64,000 nt of DNA from Patescibacteria group bacterium (GTDB taxonomy: Bacteria; Patescibacteriota; Patescibacteriia; JBDRGY01). The translations under genes and the position numbers were made by a program. Below are positions 29,586-38,752 of the stretch, one piece after another. How positions within the stretch are numbered: the stretch's first letter is position 1; each line of letters begins with the position of its first letter. The notes beneath the pieces are model-generated. The model worked only from the letters and a program-made list of their open reading frames with translations. It was not told the origin of the DNA and made no database searches. The stretch lies in the NCBI GenBank assembly GCA_043817315.1, contig JBDRGY010000003.1, forward strand, positions 59,181 through 123,180, read 5' to 3'.

Positions 29586-31121
29586 GTGAAAAAAATTGGT
29601 TGGTTTATCGTTCTATTGATAATAATATTTGGGATTTTTGGCTTGCATCAAACAGTTGTTAAAGCCCAAGAGGCAGGTTCTGCCGAGCACGAGTCCTTAA
29701 CCCTCCAAGTTCCCCTGGGTGCCGGTAAAGATATCCTGCAATACCCCTATTTCCCCCAATACCTGGAATGGTTATTTGAATATTTCGTAGGTATCACCGC
29801 CATCTTAGCTGCTATCGGCTTGATGTGGGGTGGTTATAAATGGATTGCTGCTTCTGGCAATCCGGGCATGATTACCTCGGCCAAAGGCAGTATTATGAAC
29901 GCAGCTGTTGGTTTGGTCATTGCTTTAACTTCCTGGTTGTTACTTAACACCCTAAATCCTCGGATTACTAATCTGGAGTTTCCCCAGATAAAAAGTCCGG
30001 GGTTTCTCACCGAATCCCTTTCCTGTTCTGGCAAAGACTTTCCCTTGACCGGTGACGACGGTACTTGTTTACCGCCTGATCAGATCCCGCCCTTGGCACT
30101 CTGCCGAGTTGCTGGCCAAGATCCGGTTTATGGAGATGTTGCCTACGTTGCCGAACCTTGGGGTACTAATTGTGGAGAATCGGCTAGCGGTAATGCTTGC
30201 CAGCCGGCAGGTGTGGCTGACGATGACGAGAATTTCAATCAGATGGGTACAGCCTGCGCTGACGGTAGTAAACAAGCTTGTTTCATTATTAACAAAGACT
30301 ATAGTCAATCGGCTTATTTCCGGTGTATGGATTCATTATCTCTACCTGAAGCTAATGCCAAGGGATTCAATGATTCTGCTTGGACTGGGGGTGATGGGCC
30401 TGAATTGTGTATATCCGATTTTCGTTTAAAATGCGGTAAGATATATTGGGAAGAGGGGAATAGTAGTGGGGACGGTTTTTTCGGAACCTTTAGTTATAGG
30501 CGACGCCTAAAAGATCGTTCTGCCTGTGTGATTGATCTTAATAGTTATACCATATACCGGTCAAAATCAGACTGTCTGGGAAATTGGTTTGGTTGCGGTG
30601 CTTATGCTTTTTGTGAGATTGGTTGTTTCGATAATGCTTGGGTAGTAGACCACCGTGGTACAGTCACTCAAGCGGGTTGTCCTACGGGTGTCGGTCATGC
30701 GGGAAATCTCTGCGACGACCTTAGTCAGTTAGCTGATACTTATAATGTCCCCCATCCTTCCCAAAATGCGCCGGTCCTGGACCAACTAATCAGTTGTGTT
30801 ACCAGCAATGTGGCCCCTGGGATGATAGATATGTCCAAATTATTCACAGTTGATCGGGATCACCCTACCTGTAATTACACCCGAGGACATGCTCTTTGTG
30901 AACCGTGTTCCCACACTACCAATTCTTGTCATTATGGTGGCAGCAGCGGAAACGAAGGTGCCTTGGCCGTAGATTTCAATGCTGCCGCAGGTACCACAGA
31001 AGAAGATTTATTCGATGCAATCGAAGGTTTGGTGGTAGCCCCTGGCGCCTGTGCTGGCTTTGCCGGAGAATACTATTTTGAGGACGACCACACTCATGTA
31101 GCAGCTGGTGGCTGTGGTTAA
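29586..31121 (+). CDS. TrbC/VirB2-like pilin with Cys-rich extension and putative C-terminal M15/LAS-type Zn peptidase
   Basis: Signal peptide (VKA); pilin core GG..WI.ASGN......AK..I.NA..GL.I...SWLLL.T.NP; C-terminal SCHYGG...AVDF...EDDHTHV. Confidence 0.7.
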   Translation: MKKIGWFIVLLIIIFGIFGLHQTVVKAQEAGSAEHESLTLQVPLGAGKDILQYPYFPQYLEWLFEYFVGITAILAAIGLMWGGYKWIAASGNPGMITSAKGSIMNAAVGLVIALTSWLLLNTLNPRITNLEFPQIKSPGFLTESLSCSGKDFPLTGDDGTCLPPDQIPPLALCRVAGQDPVYGDVAYVAEPWGTNCGESASGNACQPAGVADDDENFNQMGTACADGSKQACFIINKDYSQSAYFRCMDSLSLPEANAKGFNDSAWTGGDGPELCISDFRLKCGKIYWEEGNSSGDGFFGTFSYRRRLKDRSACVIDLNSYTIYRSKSDCLGNWFGCGAYAFCEIGCFDNAWVVDHRGTVTQAGCPTGVGHAGNLCDDLSQLADTYNVPHPSQNAPVLDQLISCVTSNVAPGMIDMSKLFTVDRDHPTCNYTRGHALCEPCSHTTNSCHYGGSSGNEGALAVDFNAAAGTTEEDLFDAIEGLVVAPGACAGFAGEYYFEDDHTHVAAGGCG

Positions 31122-31130
31122 TAAAATAAT

Positions 31131-32246
31131 ATGAAAGTAAAAAAAGATAAAATTTGGTTAGCGGTTATCTTCATAAGTATATTATGGGGAGTTTTGGTTG
31201 TCGGCCCTATAGTGGCAGAGGCTGAGGTGGCCACCCCCGCTGAGCATGACCCCTTGACCCTGCAAATTCCCCTAGGCGCCGGTAAAGAGGTTCTGCAATA
31301 TCCCTATTTCCCCCAATACCTGGAATGGTTATTTGAATATTTTGTCGGTATCACCGCTATCTTGGCTGCTATCGGTCTGATGTGGGGTGGTTATAAATGG
31401 ATTGCCGCTTCCGGTAATCCGGGCATGATTACCTCAGCCAAAGGTAGTATTATGAACGCAGCTGTTGGCCTGGTCATTGCTTTAACCTCCTGGTTGTTGC
31501 TAAACACTCTAAACCCCCGGATAACCAGCTTAGAGTTTCCCCAGATAATAAGTCCAGGGGTATTAAGCGATGCACTTTCTTGCGCTGGCAAAGATTATCC
31601 CTTGACCGGAGCAGATGGAAAATGCTTGCCTGCTAATCAAATTCCGCCACTAAAATTGTGTAGAGTGGAAGGAGAAGATCCTGTTTATGGGGCATTGAAA
31701 TATACTAAAAAGCCATGGGAAACAGTTTGTGGCACAACAAATAAAGGTGACGCCTGTTTACCCCTAATAAAAGATGGTAAGGCAACAGGTAACCAGTTCG
31801 GAACGGCTTGTGCTGATGGAAGCAAGAATGTTTGTTTTATACAGGGCATGGACTCCTCGCAAAACGGCTACTTTTCATGTGTTGATACTGTTCAGCTAAA
31901 TGAAGCCCTGGCCAATGGTTTCTCCGAATCGTCCTTTACGGGAGGAGATGGGGCAGAAGGCTTTAATCTTGCCGAGCCCAAGATGTATTGTGGTAGTCTT
32001 TGGTGGGAAAAGGGAGTTACCGACGGAGACGGGTTTTTTGGTACAGCTGCTTATTCTGCAATGTGGGGAAGGGACAGATCTGCCTGTGTAATAAATATGG
32101 CGGCCGGTGTCCAGTGGAAAATTAATTATGCTGATTGTAACTTAAACCTAATAAAACACTGGTGTATGATAGGATGTTGGAATGAAGCTTGGATTATTGA
32201 TGAATATGGCCAAAAACAAAATCGAGGCTGTAGTTATTGGTATTGA
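31131..32246 (+). CDS. TrbC/VirB2-like pilin paralogue with Cys-rich extension
   Basis: 78-aa core identical to the upstream pilin; homologous Cys-rich domain; no peptidase tail. Confidence 0.72.
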   Translation: MKVKKDKIWLAVIFISILWGVLVVGPIVAEAEVATPAEHDPLTLQIPLGAGKEVLQYPYFPQYLEWLFEYFVGITAILAAIGLMWGGYKWIAASGNPGMITSAKGSIMNAAVGLVIALTSWLLLNTLNPRITSLEFPQIISPGVLSDALSCAGKDYPLTGADGKCLPANQIPPLKLCRVEGEDPVYGALKYTKKPWETVCGTTNKGDACLPLIKDGKATGNQFGTACADGSKNVCFIQGMDSSQNGYFSCVDTVQLNEALANGFSESSFTGGDGAEGFNLAEPKMYCGSLWWEKGVTDGDGFFGTAAYSAMWGRDRSACVINMAAGVQWKINYADCNLNLIKHWCMIGCWNEAWIIDEYGQKQNRGCSYWY

Positions 32247-32268
32247 TAATAATTAATATATTATATAT

Positions 32269-33537
32269 ATGACACCAAAAGTAAAAAAAATATTAATCAT
32301 CGTTGCTTACATTGTCACGGCGATTTTTATGGCTTTTGTTATTTACTGGACTTTCTTTGGTGACCGGGATGGAGGCGGAGAAGTTGTTAATGTTAACGGC
32401 CGCTTGGTCAATCTGGGACCCGATGGTACTCTGCCCAATATCAACACCATTGATGTCAGCAACCTGAATTATAGTGTCAATACCAATCAAGTTGTTTCAG
32501 CCAACACTAACGCCGCCTTGCCTGATATTGCCGATGTAGCCACAGGTAGTCTGACCAAAACCACTAAACTCAATGATGATATTGCCTATTACTCTACTAC
32601 TTCTATTGATGGTTCCAATATGTATTACTACGATCGGGAAGACGGACTGTTTTATGTGGTATCAGCCGAAGACGGTTCACTTAGTCTCTTAACTGCCCAG
32701 AAATTTCATTCGGTTGAGAATGTTACCTGGTCGCCCACCAAAGACAAGGCCATCATCGAATTTCCTGATGGTACCAAGATCATGTATGATTTTAGGAATA
32801 ATAAGCAGTACACTTTACCGGAACAATATGAAGAAGTTGATTTCGCCGAAACCGGTCGGGAGATTGTCTTTAAATATATGGGTGAAGATGAAGATGATCG
32901 TTTTCTAGCCATTGCCAACCCAGATGGAACAGGAATGCAGGTTGTAGAGCAACTATCAGATAGAGCTGATAGTTTTGAAGCCGATTATTCGCCATCCGGA
33001 CAAGTAGTCGGTTTTTACAAGGAATCAACAACAGGAGAGAGCCAGGAAGTATATTTTATCGGAAAATACGGAGAAAACTTCAAGTCATTATCGGTCAACG
33101 GTAAAGGTTTTGAGTCTCAATGGTCGTCCGATGGTGAGCAGCTAGTCTATTCAGTCTACAATTCGGGAACCAATTACAATCCTACTTTGTGGCTAGCTGG
33201 AGCTCAAGGGGAAAGTATTGGGGAAAATAAAATAAACACCGGTTTACAGACCTGGGCAGATAAATGTGCCATTTCGGGCAGTACAGCTATTTGTGGAGTG
33301 CCCACCAGCCTGGAAAGAGGCAGCGGCCCCTTTCCCGAGCTATCCTCCAGTAGCCCTGACGTTTTTTACCAAGTTGATCTAAATTCAGGTAACAGTACGC
33401 CCCTGGCTATTCCGGTCTACGGCGATGGTACCGGCCAATTTCAAGTTAAAAACATCCATATCGACGAGAGTGGACGTTACATGTATTTTACGGATGGCTT
33501 TACCGGGAAATTACACAAGATCCAGATAGAATACTAG
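32269..33537 (+). CDS. Membrane-anchored beta-propeller (TolB/WD40-like) protein
   Basis: N-terminal TM helix, N-rich linker, repeated WSP/YSPSG/WSSDG blade ends, T..DKC motif. Confidence 0.65.
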   Translation: MTPKVKKILIIVAYIVTAIFMAFVIYWTFFGDRDGGGEVVNVNGRLVNLGPDGTLPNINTIDVSNLNYSVNTNQVVSANTNAALPDIADVATGSLTKTTKLNDDIAYYSTTSIDGSNMYYYDREDGLFYVVSAEDGSLSLLTAQKFHSVENVTWSPTKDKAIIEFPDGTKIMYDFRNNKQYTLPEQYEEVDFAETGREIVFKYMGEDEDDRFLAIANPDGTGMQVVEQLSDRADSFEADYSPSGQVVGFYKESTTGESQEVYFIGKYGENFKSLSVNGKGFESQWSSDGEQLVYSVYNSGTNYNPTLWLAGAQGESIGENKINTGLQTWADKCAISGSTAICGVPTSLERGSGPFPELSSSSPDVFYQVDLNSGNSTPLAIPVYGDGTGQFQVKNIHIDESGRYMYFTDGFTGKLHKIQIEY

Positions 33538-33556
33538 TAGAATAAATTCTAAAAGT

Positions 33557-33590
33557 AATAAAGCTCAAGTAATTGGGCTTTATTTTTATT
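33557..33590 (+). terminator. Intrinsic terminator at the end of the T4SS-like locus
   Basis: AATAAAGCTCAA-gtaa-TTGGGCTTTATT followed by a T-rich tract. Confidence 0.6.
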
Positions 33591-33613
33591 GTAGAATGAA
33601 TTAAAATATACCT

Positions 33614-34963
33614 ATGAGCATCAAAACAGTTTATTCCTGCACTAAGTGTGACGCCCAATTCCCCAAATGGCAGGGCCGTTGCCCAGAATGTGGCGCCTGG
33701 GGAACTATCGGACAGCAAACGGTAACCAGGAAAAGTAAACCAATAAACCAAGGATTGCCACCAGGACGGGTGGTTAATTTGGATTCAATAGATGAAAAGA
33801 CTTTGCCCAGAGTTAAGTCCAATATTAAGGAATTTGACCGGGTGGTGGGAGGGGGAATTGTGCCTGGTTCTCTTAGTTTGATCGGTGGTGACCCGGGTAT
33901 TGGCAAGTCTACTTTGGTACTGCAGATAGCTGAAGCTTTATCCCAATCAATGCCGGGTAAAATACTGTATGTTTCTGGTGAAGAATCTGCAGAACAAGTC
34001 AAAATGCGCCTCAAAAGAATCGGCAGGCAAGGAGCAAAGCTACAGTTTCTAAGCGAAACCTCGGCGGAAACGATTGTGGCCACCCTGGCTGAATACCAAC
34101 CCAAGTTGGCTATTATCGATTCCATCCAGACCATGTTTACTGAGGATGTTAAATCAGAGGCCGGTTCCGTCAACCAAATAAAAGCCTGTACCACCAAGTT
34201 TCTGGAAATTGCCAAGCCCAATAATATTTCCCTGTTAATCATAGGGCATGTTACTAAGGGAGGAACCATGGCGGGTCCCAAGACCTTAGAACATTTAGTG
34301 GACGTAGTCTTGTATTTAGAAGGAGATAAATACCATGCCTTCAGGATTCTGCGAGCTGCCAAAAATCGTTTTGGAGCTACAGCCGAAGTGGGTATTTTTG
34401 ACATGCAGGAGAAGGGGATGGTTGAGGTAAAAAATCCTTCGGAACTATTCTTGAAAGAGAGGCAAAAAAACACTCCAGGTTCGGCAGTAGCCTCTATTGT
34501 TGAAGGAACCAGGTCGTTTTTAGTGGAAATCCAGGCCCTAGTTTCTCGTACCCATTTTGGCTATGCCAAACGGGTGGCCCTGGGAGTCAATTTTAAACGT
34601 TTAGAACTATTAGTAAATGTATTAAAGAAGAGAACCAAGCTAAGCTTGGCCAATCAGGATATTAATGTAAATGTTGCCGGCGGTATCAAAATTGCAGAAC
34701 CAGCTGCTGATCTGGCAATTTGTTTAGCTATTTATTCTGCTTTAACTAATAAAGTGATTGAACCCAAGATGGTGGCTATCGGCGAAGTTGGTTTGGCCGG
34801 TGAATTGCGAACTGTAGCCCATCTGGAGAAAAGGATTAACGAAGCCAGTAAACTGGGTTTTAATCAGATAATGATGCCGGCTGCCGCCAAAATTTCTGGA
34901 AATAAAGACCTCAATATTATTACTGTCAAAAATCTACAAGAGGCATTTCAATTTTTAGAATAG
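33614..34963 (+). CDS. radA: DNA repair protein RadA/Sms
   Basis: C4 zinc finger, GDPGIGKST, KNRFG and Lon-like C-terminus GEVGLAGELR. Confidence 0.97.
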   Translation: MSIKTVYSCTKCDAQFPKWQGRCPECGAWGTIGQQTVTRKSKPINQGLPPGRVVNLDSIDEKTLPRVKSNIKEFDRVVGGGIVPGSLSLIGGDPGIGKSTLVLQIAEALSQSMPGKILYVSGEESAEQVKMRLKRIGRQGAKLQFLSETSAETIVATLAEYQPKLAIIDSIQTMFTEDVKSEAGSVNQIKACTTKFLEIAKPNNISLLIIGHVTKGGTMAGPKTLEHLVDVVLYLEGDKYHAFRILRAAKNRFGATAEVGIFDMQEKGMVEVKNPSELFLKERQKNTPGSAVASIVEGTRSFLVEIQALVSRTHFGYAKRVALGVNFKRLELLVNVLKKRTKLSLANQDINVNVAGGIKIAEPAADLAICLAIYSALTNKVIEPKMVAIGEVGLAGELRTVAHLEKRINEASKLGFNQIMMPAAAKISGNKDLNIITVKNLQEAFQFLE

Positions 34964-34978
34964 ACTATAATCAAAACC

Positions 34979-35530
34979 TTGAAGAAACTGCCTAAAAATT
35001 TTTTTAATCGCGACACCAAAAAAGTCGCCGTAGAATTATTAGGTCATTATTTGATACGGAAAAAGGGCAGCCAGGTTTATCAAGGAATCATCACTGAAAC
35101 GGAAGCTTTCGTTGGTCCCAATGACCTGGCCTCTCACGCCTCCAAAGGTAGGACCAAAAGAACCGAAACAATGTTTGGACCTGCGGGTCAGGCCTATGTC
35201 TATTTAATTTACGGTATGTATTACTGCTTTAATATTGTGACCGAAGAATTAGATTATCCGGCTGCAGTCTTAATTCGAGCTTGCCAGCCGGTTAAAACGT
35301 ATAAGGGAATTATTTCGGTAGGTCCCGGCAAGTTATCTCAGGCTTTTAGGATCGACAAGAAGCTTAATGGTCAAAGTGTCTATGGCAACCAGATTTGGAT
35401 TGCCAAGGGGCCCGAAGTAATTAAGAGAAAAAATATCAAAAAAGCCAAACGGGTTGGCGTAGATTATGCCGATATGTATAAAAATAAATTGTGGCGCTAC
35501 TATCTTAAAAACAATAAATATATTTCTTGA
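34979..35530 (+). CDS. mpg: DNA-3-methyladenine glycosylase (MPG/AAG family)
   Basis: [34 protein letters not shown] and RVGV motifs; TTG start. Confidence 0.92.
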   Translation: MKKLPKNFFNRDTKKVAVELLGHYLIRKKGSQVYQGIITETEAFVGPNDLASHASKGRTKRTETMFGPAGQAYVYLIYGMYYCFNIVTEELDYPAAVLIRACQPVKTYKGIISVGPGKLSQAFRIDKKLNGQSVYGNQIWIAKGPEVIKRKNIKKAKRVGVDYADMYKNKLWRYYLKNNKYIS

Positions 35531-35534
35531 ATAT

Positions 35535-35566
35535 AAAAAAAGAGGGACGGAATCCAATTCCGTCCC
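35535..35566 (-). terminator. Intrinsic terminator of the DksA/TraR-like gene
   Basis: GGGACGGAAT-cca-ATTCCGTCCC 10-bp stem with a T7 tract on the minus strand. Confidence 0.8.
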
Positions 35567-35583
35567 CGAAGAAGGTTCACTTT

Positions 35584-36270
35584 CTAGCCCACGTTTGGGC
35601 AGAGCAGGGAGAAGATCGCCGGTGGCGACTGACGCCGGTCCAGCAACCGCTGAATCTGGGCATGGTTGTTGCCCGTCTCGATCATCTGCCTGACCTGGTC
35701 AGGGTCGAAACCCTTGTTGACCAGTTCCTGGCAGTTGACACAAAGGTCGGTGCAAGCAACCCAACGGCGATAGCGCGGTATCTTGCTCCCGCAGCCTACG
35801 CACTTGTCACCGTTGCCGTTTGCCAGCTGGCTGCGGACGTGTCTTCCCTCACGAACCGAACGATGAAGGAGAGCTTCCCGATCCGGACTGAAGTCCCCTG
35901 TCGAATCAGCCATGTGCACAGCGTAGCGCTGTGATGGTATGTGCGACAGGGTGTTTTCTGTCCGGGCAAGCACGTCCTTATGCATCTGGAGCTCCCGAAA
36001 CCACCTGGTATCGTGGATTTCTCTCCAACGATCAGCCGGCAAGCAATCCAGAAGTGCCATTACAGTATCGGAGTCGTCTGTTCCCGAAACCAACAACTTG
36101 GGAACCAACTCCTCAGGCGCCGCTGACAACAGCTCATCTGGTTTGATACCCAGACGACTCAGCGATCCTAGCTCGATCCCTACCCCTTCCAGATCCTCTG
36201 CAGTGATGGGTGTTCCACCAAGCAGAGTTGCGGTTTTGATACCGCTGGTCACGCTCCTAGCCTTTGCCAT
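35584..36270 (-). CDS. DksA/TraR-family C4 zinc-finger protein with N-terminal extension
   Basis: HMADSTGD tip-like motif and CVGCGSKIPRYR...LCVNCQE. Confidence 0.7.
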   Translation of the reverse strand: MAKARSVTSGIKTATLLGGTPITAEDLEGVGIELGSLSRLGIKPDELLSAAPEELVPKLLVSGTDDSDTVMALLDCLPADRWREIHDTRWFRELQMHKDVLARTENTLSHIPSQRYAVHMADSTGDFSPDREALLHRSVREGRHVRSQLANGNGDKCVGCGSKIPRYRRWVACTDLCVNCQELVNKGFDPDQVRQMIETGNNHAQIQRLLDRRQSPPAIFSLLCPNVG

Positions 36271-36465
36271 CGAAACACCTGCCCTTCAGGTGTTTGCCAC
36301 CAGTTTTTGCCTTTTCAGGACCTCACCTTAGTTTGCCTCGTGATGCAGCTCTTGGGTTCTGAAGAGGCTAGGGTGCGTGTATCCGGTTCACACACCGACC
36401 TCCTTTCCGGTTTTGAAGGTTGTCGTTGACGATGCCAACGGGACAGATTTACCCCTAGGGGCAAT

Positions 36466-36620
36466 CTGCACAATATAGAGGGGAGAAAAGCGTAGTGCCA
36501 GCTTACCAATGCATCCTGGGTCCAAGGCAGGCAAGGCCTGGTGGGGCCCGTCATCCATGTCTCAGGAATGCTTGAGTTTAGCCGTATCGTGGCCCTCGCA
36601 AATTCTCCCCCTTTATGCGG
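36466..36620 (-). ncRNA. Putative structured RNA (long irregular rod) upstream of the DksA-like gene
   Basis: Nested pairings on the minus strand: GGGGAGAA/TTCTCCCC, GCG/CGC, GCCA/TGGC, GCATtCCTG/CAGGATGC. Lies downstream of a consensus promoter. Confidence 0.35.
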
Positions 36621-36660
36621 GGTTTTGGTTGAAAGTGAATATTCAAGGAACGTATTGCTT

Positions 36661-36688
36661 ATTATAAATAATTTGGTATTTTTGTCAA
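36661..36688 (-). promoter_or_regulatory. Consensus sigma70 promoter
   Basis: TTGACA-N16-TATAAT on the minus strand. Confidence 0.75.
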
Positions 36689-36694
36689 GCCCCC

Positions 36695-38752
36695 CTACTC
36701 TAAATGTATATCTTGCCCGAATTGGGCAATTTTTTTAGATAATAAAGAAAATTTATCGAGTTGTTTAATACTCTTTTGAGCGGCCTCCCTGGCTTCTTGA
36801 ATAATTTGATGATCAGATAGGGTGGCAATCTTTAGGTCAAGATAGCCTGATTGACGAATTCCGTATATCTCACCGGGACCCCTGAATTGTAAATCTTTTT
36901 CGGCCAGCTCAAAGCCATTTTGAGAAGCCACTAGCGCCTCCAATCTGTCCAGTGTCTTGGCGGTTTCATTTTCCGTAAAAAGAAAACAGTAAGACTGATG
37001 CCGGTCACGACCGATACGGCCCCTGAATTGATGTAATTGGGCCAGACCAAATCTTTCAGCCCCTTCAATCATCATTACGGTAGCATTGGGGATATCAATA
37101 CCGACTTCCACCACTGAGGTGGAAACCAGAATATTGATTTTATTATCGCTAAAGTCTTGCATTACTTTATCTTTATCTTTTGGTTTGAGCTTGCCGTGCA
37201 AGAGCCCGATTATTAGCTCAGGAAAAATTTGCTGATCCAGCTTTTTGTACTCAGTGGTGACGGCCTTTACTCCCAGTTTGTCAGAGGGGTCAATCAGAGG
37301 ACAGACAACAAATATCTGTCGACCGGCTTTTATTTGATCATCAATAAACTTATAAGTCTCATCTCTTTTTTCCGGTTGCACAATTTTAGTGATTATCTTT
37401 TTACGGCCAGAGGGTAATTGATCGATTATTGATAAATCTAAATCACCATAAATCGCCAGGGCCAAGGAACGGGGAATCGGGGTGGCAGTCATCGAAAGCA
37501 GGTGGGGTAGTAGCTCGTCCTTGGATTGGCTTTTCAGTTTTTTTCTTTGGGCTACTCCAAAACGATGCTGCTCATCAACAATGGCTAATCCCAGATTGTG
37601 AAAGTTAATTTCCCCTTCGATTAAAGCGTGGGTGCCGATTACAAAGTTAATTGCGCCATCGCTGATTAAGCCAATAAGTTCTTTCTTAGTTACCGAAGAT
37701 CGTAAATTTGTTTCAAAATGAGCACGGGTTAAAATGGCTACTTTCAGCTTTTTCTGCAGCAACTTTTTAATGTTGTCATAATGTTGACGAGCTAATATTT
37801 CTGTCGGAGCCATCAACACAGATTGAAAGCCATTGAGAAAACAGTTAATGACCGCAATTACGGCGGTAATGGTTTTCCCCGAGCCAACATCTCCCTCCAG
37901 AAGGCGATTCATTGGTCTGCCCCCCGCAAGATCTTTGAGAATTTCCCAGGCGGCTTTTCTTTGGGCATCAGTTAATTTAAACGGCAATTTAGACACAAAA
38001 GCCTTGGTTTCTTTTTCTTTAAATTTAACCAAGGGGGATTTTTGTTTAGCTAAATCCTGCTTATTTTTTAGGGCAAAAAGCTGGATCAAAAAGAGCTCGT
38101 CGAACTTTAAACGATGGCGGGCGGACTCCAGGTTTTTTTGATTTTGAGGAAAATGGATCTGTTGGTAAGCGGTTTTTAGATTGGTTAGGCGGTATTTATT
38201 TTGGATGGGCTGGGGTAGCCAATCGATGATCGAGTTAGTAACTGGAAGGGCTTTTTTTATCAGAAATCTTAGCTGTTTTTGAGTCAGATTGGAAGTAGTG
38301 GAATAGATGGGAATGATGCCGGCAGTGTGGATTTGATCGGGCCTTACTTTTTCAAAAATCGGAGATACTAATTGTAAACCATATTGACTTAATTCGCATT
38401 TCCCTGAAAGGTAGACAGAATCGCCCGCTTCTAATACCTTAGTCAGAAAACCCTGATTGAACCAGACTACCTTAAGGCTGGCTGTTTGATCTTTTACCAG
38501 ACTTTCCGTGATCATCATTCTCTTGCGAGGAGAACGGAAATTCTTTATCATTTGCACTTTGGCTTTTACAGTAACGATGTCACCACTTTTAACCTGGGCG
38601 ATTGTTGTTATTTGGGACAAATCATCGTAGCGAAAGGGAAAATAGGTTATTAAATCAAAAATAGTTGCTACACCCAATTTCTTCAAACGGGTGGCCACTG
38701 CTTTACCTACGCCGGACAAGTCTTCTATCGACTGGTTATAGTCAGCTCTCAT
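36695..38752 (-). CDS. recG: ATP-dependent DNA helicase RecG
   Basis: Wedge domain, GDVGSGKT, DEQHRFG, TATPIPRS and QLHQFRGR motifs. Confidence 0.97.
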   Translation of the reverse strand: MRADYNQSIEDLSGVGKAVATRLKKLGVATIFDLITYFPFRYDDLSQITTIAQVKSGDIVTVKAKVQMIKNFRSPRKRMMITESLVKDQTASLKVVWFNQGFLTKVLEAGDSVYLSGKCELSQYGLQLVSPIFEKVRPDQIHTAGIIPIYSTTSNLTQKQLRFLIKKALPVTNSIIDWLPQPIQNKYRLTNLKTAYQQIHFPQNQKNLESARHRLKFDELFLIQLFALKNKQDLAKQKSPLVKFKEKETKAFVSKLPFKLTDAQRKAAWEILKDLAGGRPMNRLLEGDVGSGKTITAVIAVINCFLNGFQSVLMAPTEILARQHYDNIKKLLQKKLKVAILTRAHFETNLRSSVTKKELIGLISDGAINFVIGTHALIEGEINFHNLGLAIVDEQHRFGVAQRKKLKSQSKDELLPHLLSMTATPIPRSLALAIYGDLDLSIIDQLPSGRKKIITKIVQPEKRDETYKFIDDQIKAGRQIFVVCPLIDPSDKLGVKAVTTEYKKLDQQIFPELIIGLLHGKLKPKDKDKVMQDFSDNKINILVSTSVVEVGIDIPNATVMMIEGAERFGLAQLHQFRGRIGRDRHQSYCFLFTENETAKTLDRLEALVASQNGFELAEKDLQFRGPGEIYGIRQSGYLDLKIATLSDHQIIQEAREAAQKSIKQLDKFSLLSKKIAQFGQDIHLE

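Noticed and set aside
16050-33537. Integrative conjugative element or plasmid
   Set aside because: No relaxase, integrase or att repeats seen, and housekeeping genes are interleaved.
33631-34473. 280-aa antisense ORF within radA, and similar shadow ORFs in clpC, the giant gene and the Kelch genes
   Set aside because: They lie fully inside well-supported genes and have no recognisable motifs.
36271-36330. Selenocysteine or stop readthrough at the in-frame TGA (36286-88) upstream of the DksA-like ATG
   Set aside because: The frame is closed by TAA 14 codons further up, the hairpin contains the TGA rather than following it, and TGA is a normal stop elsewhere (for example rsmA).
35527-36331. 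Plus-strand ORFs (135, 130 and 71 aa) over the DksA-like gene
   Set aside because: They are antisense shadows in GC-richer DNA; the promoter, terminator and Zn-finger motif all support the minus strand.
36420-36620. Known riboswitch, SRP RNA, RNase P or tmRNA
   Set aside because: Their conserved sequence motifs could not be found by eye; kept only as an unassigned structured RNA.
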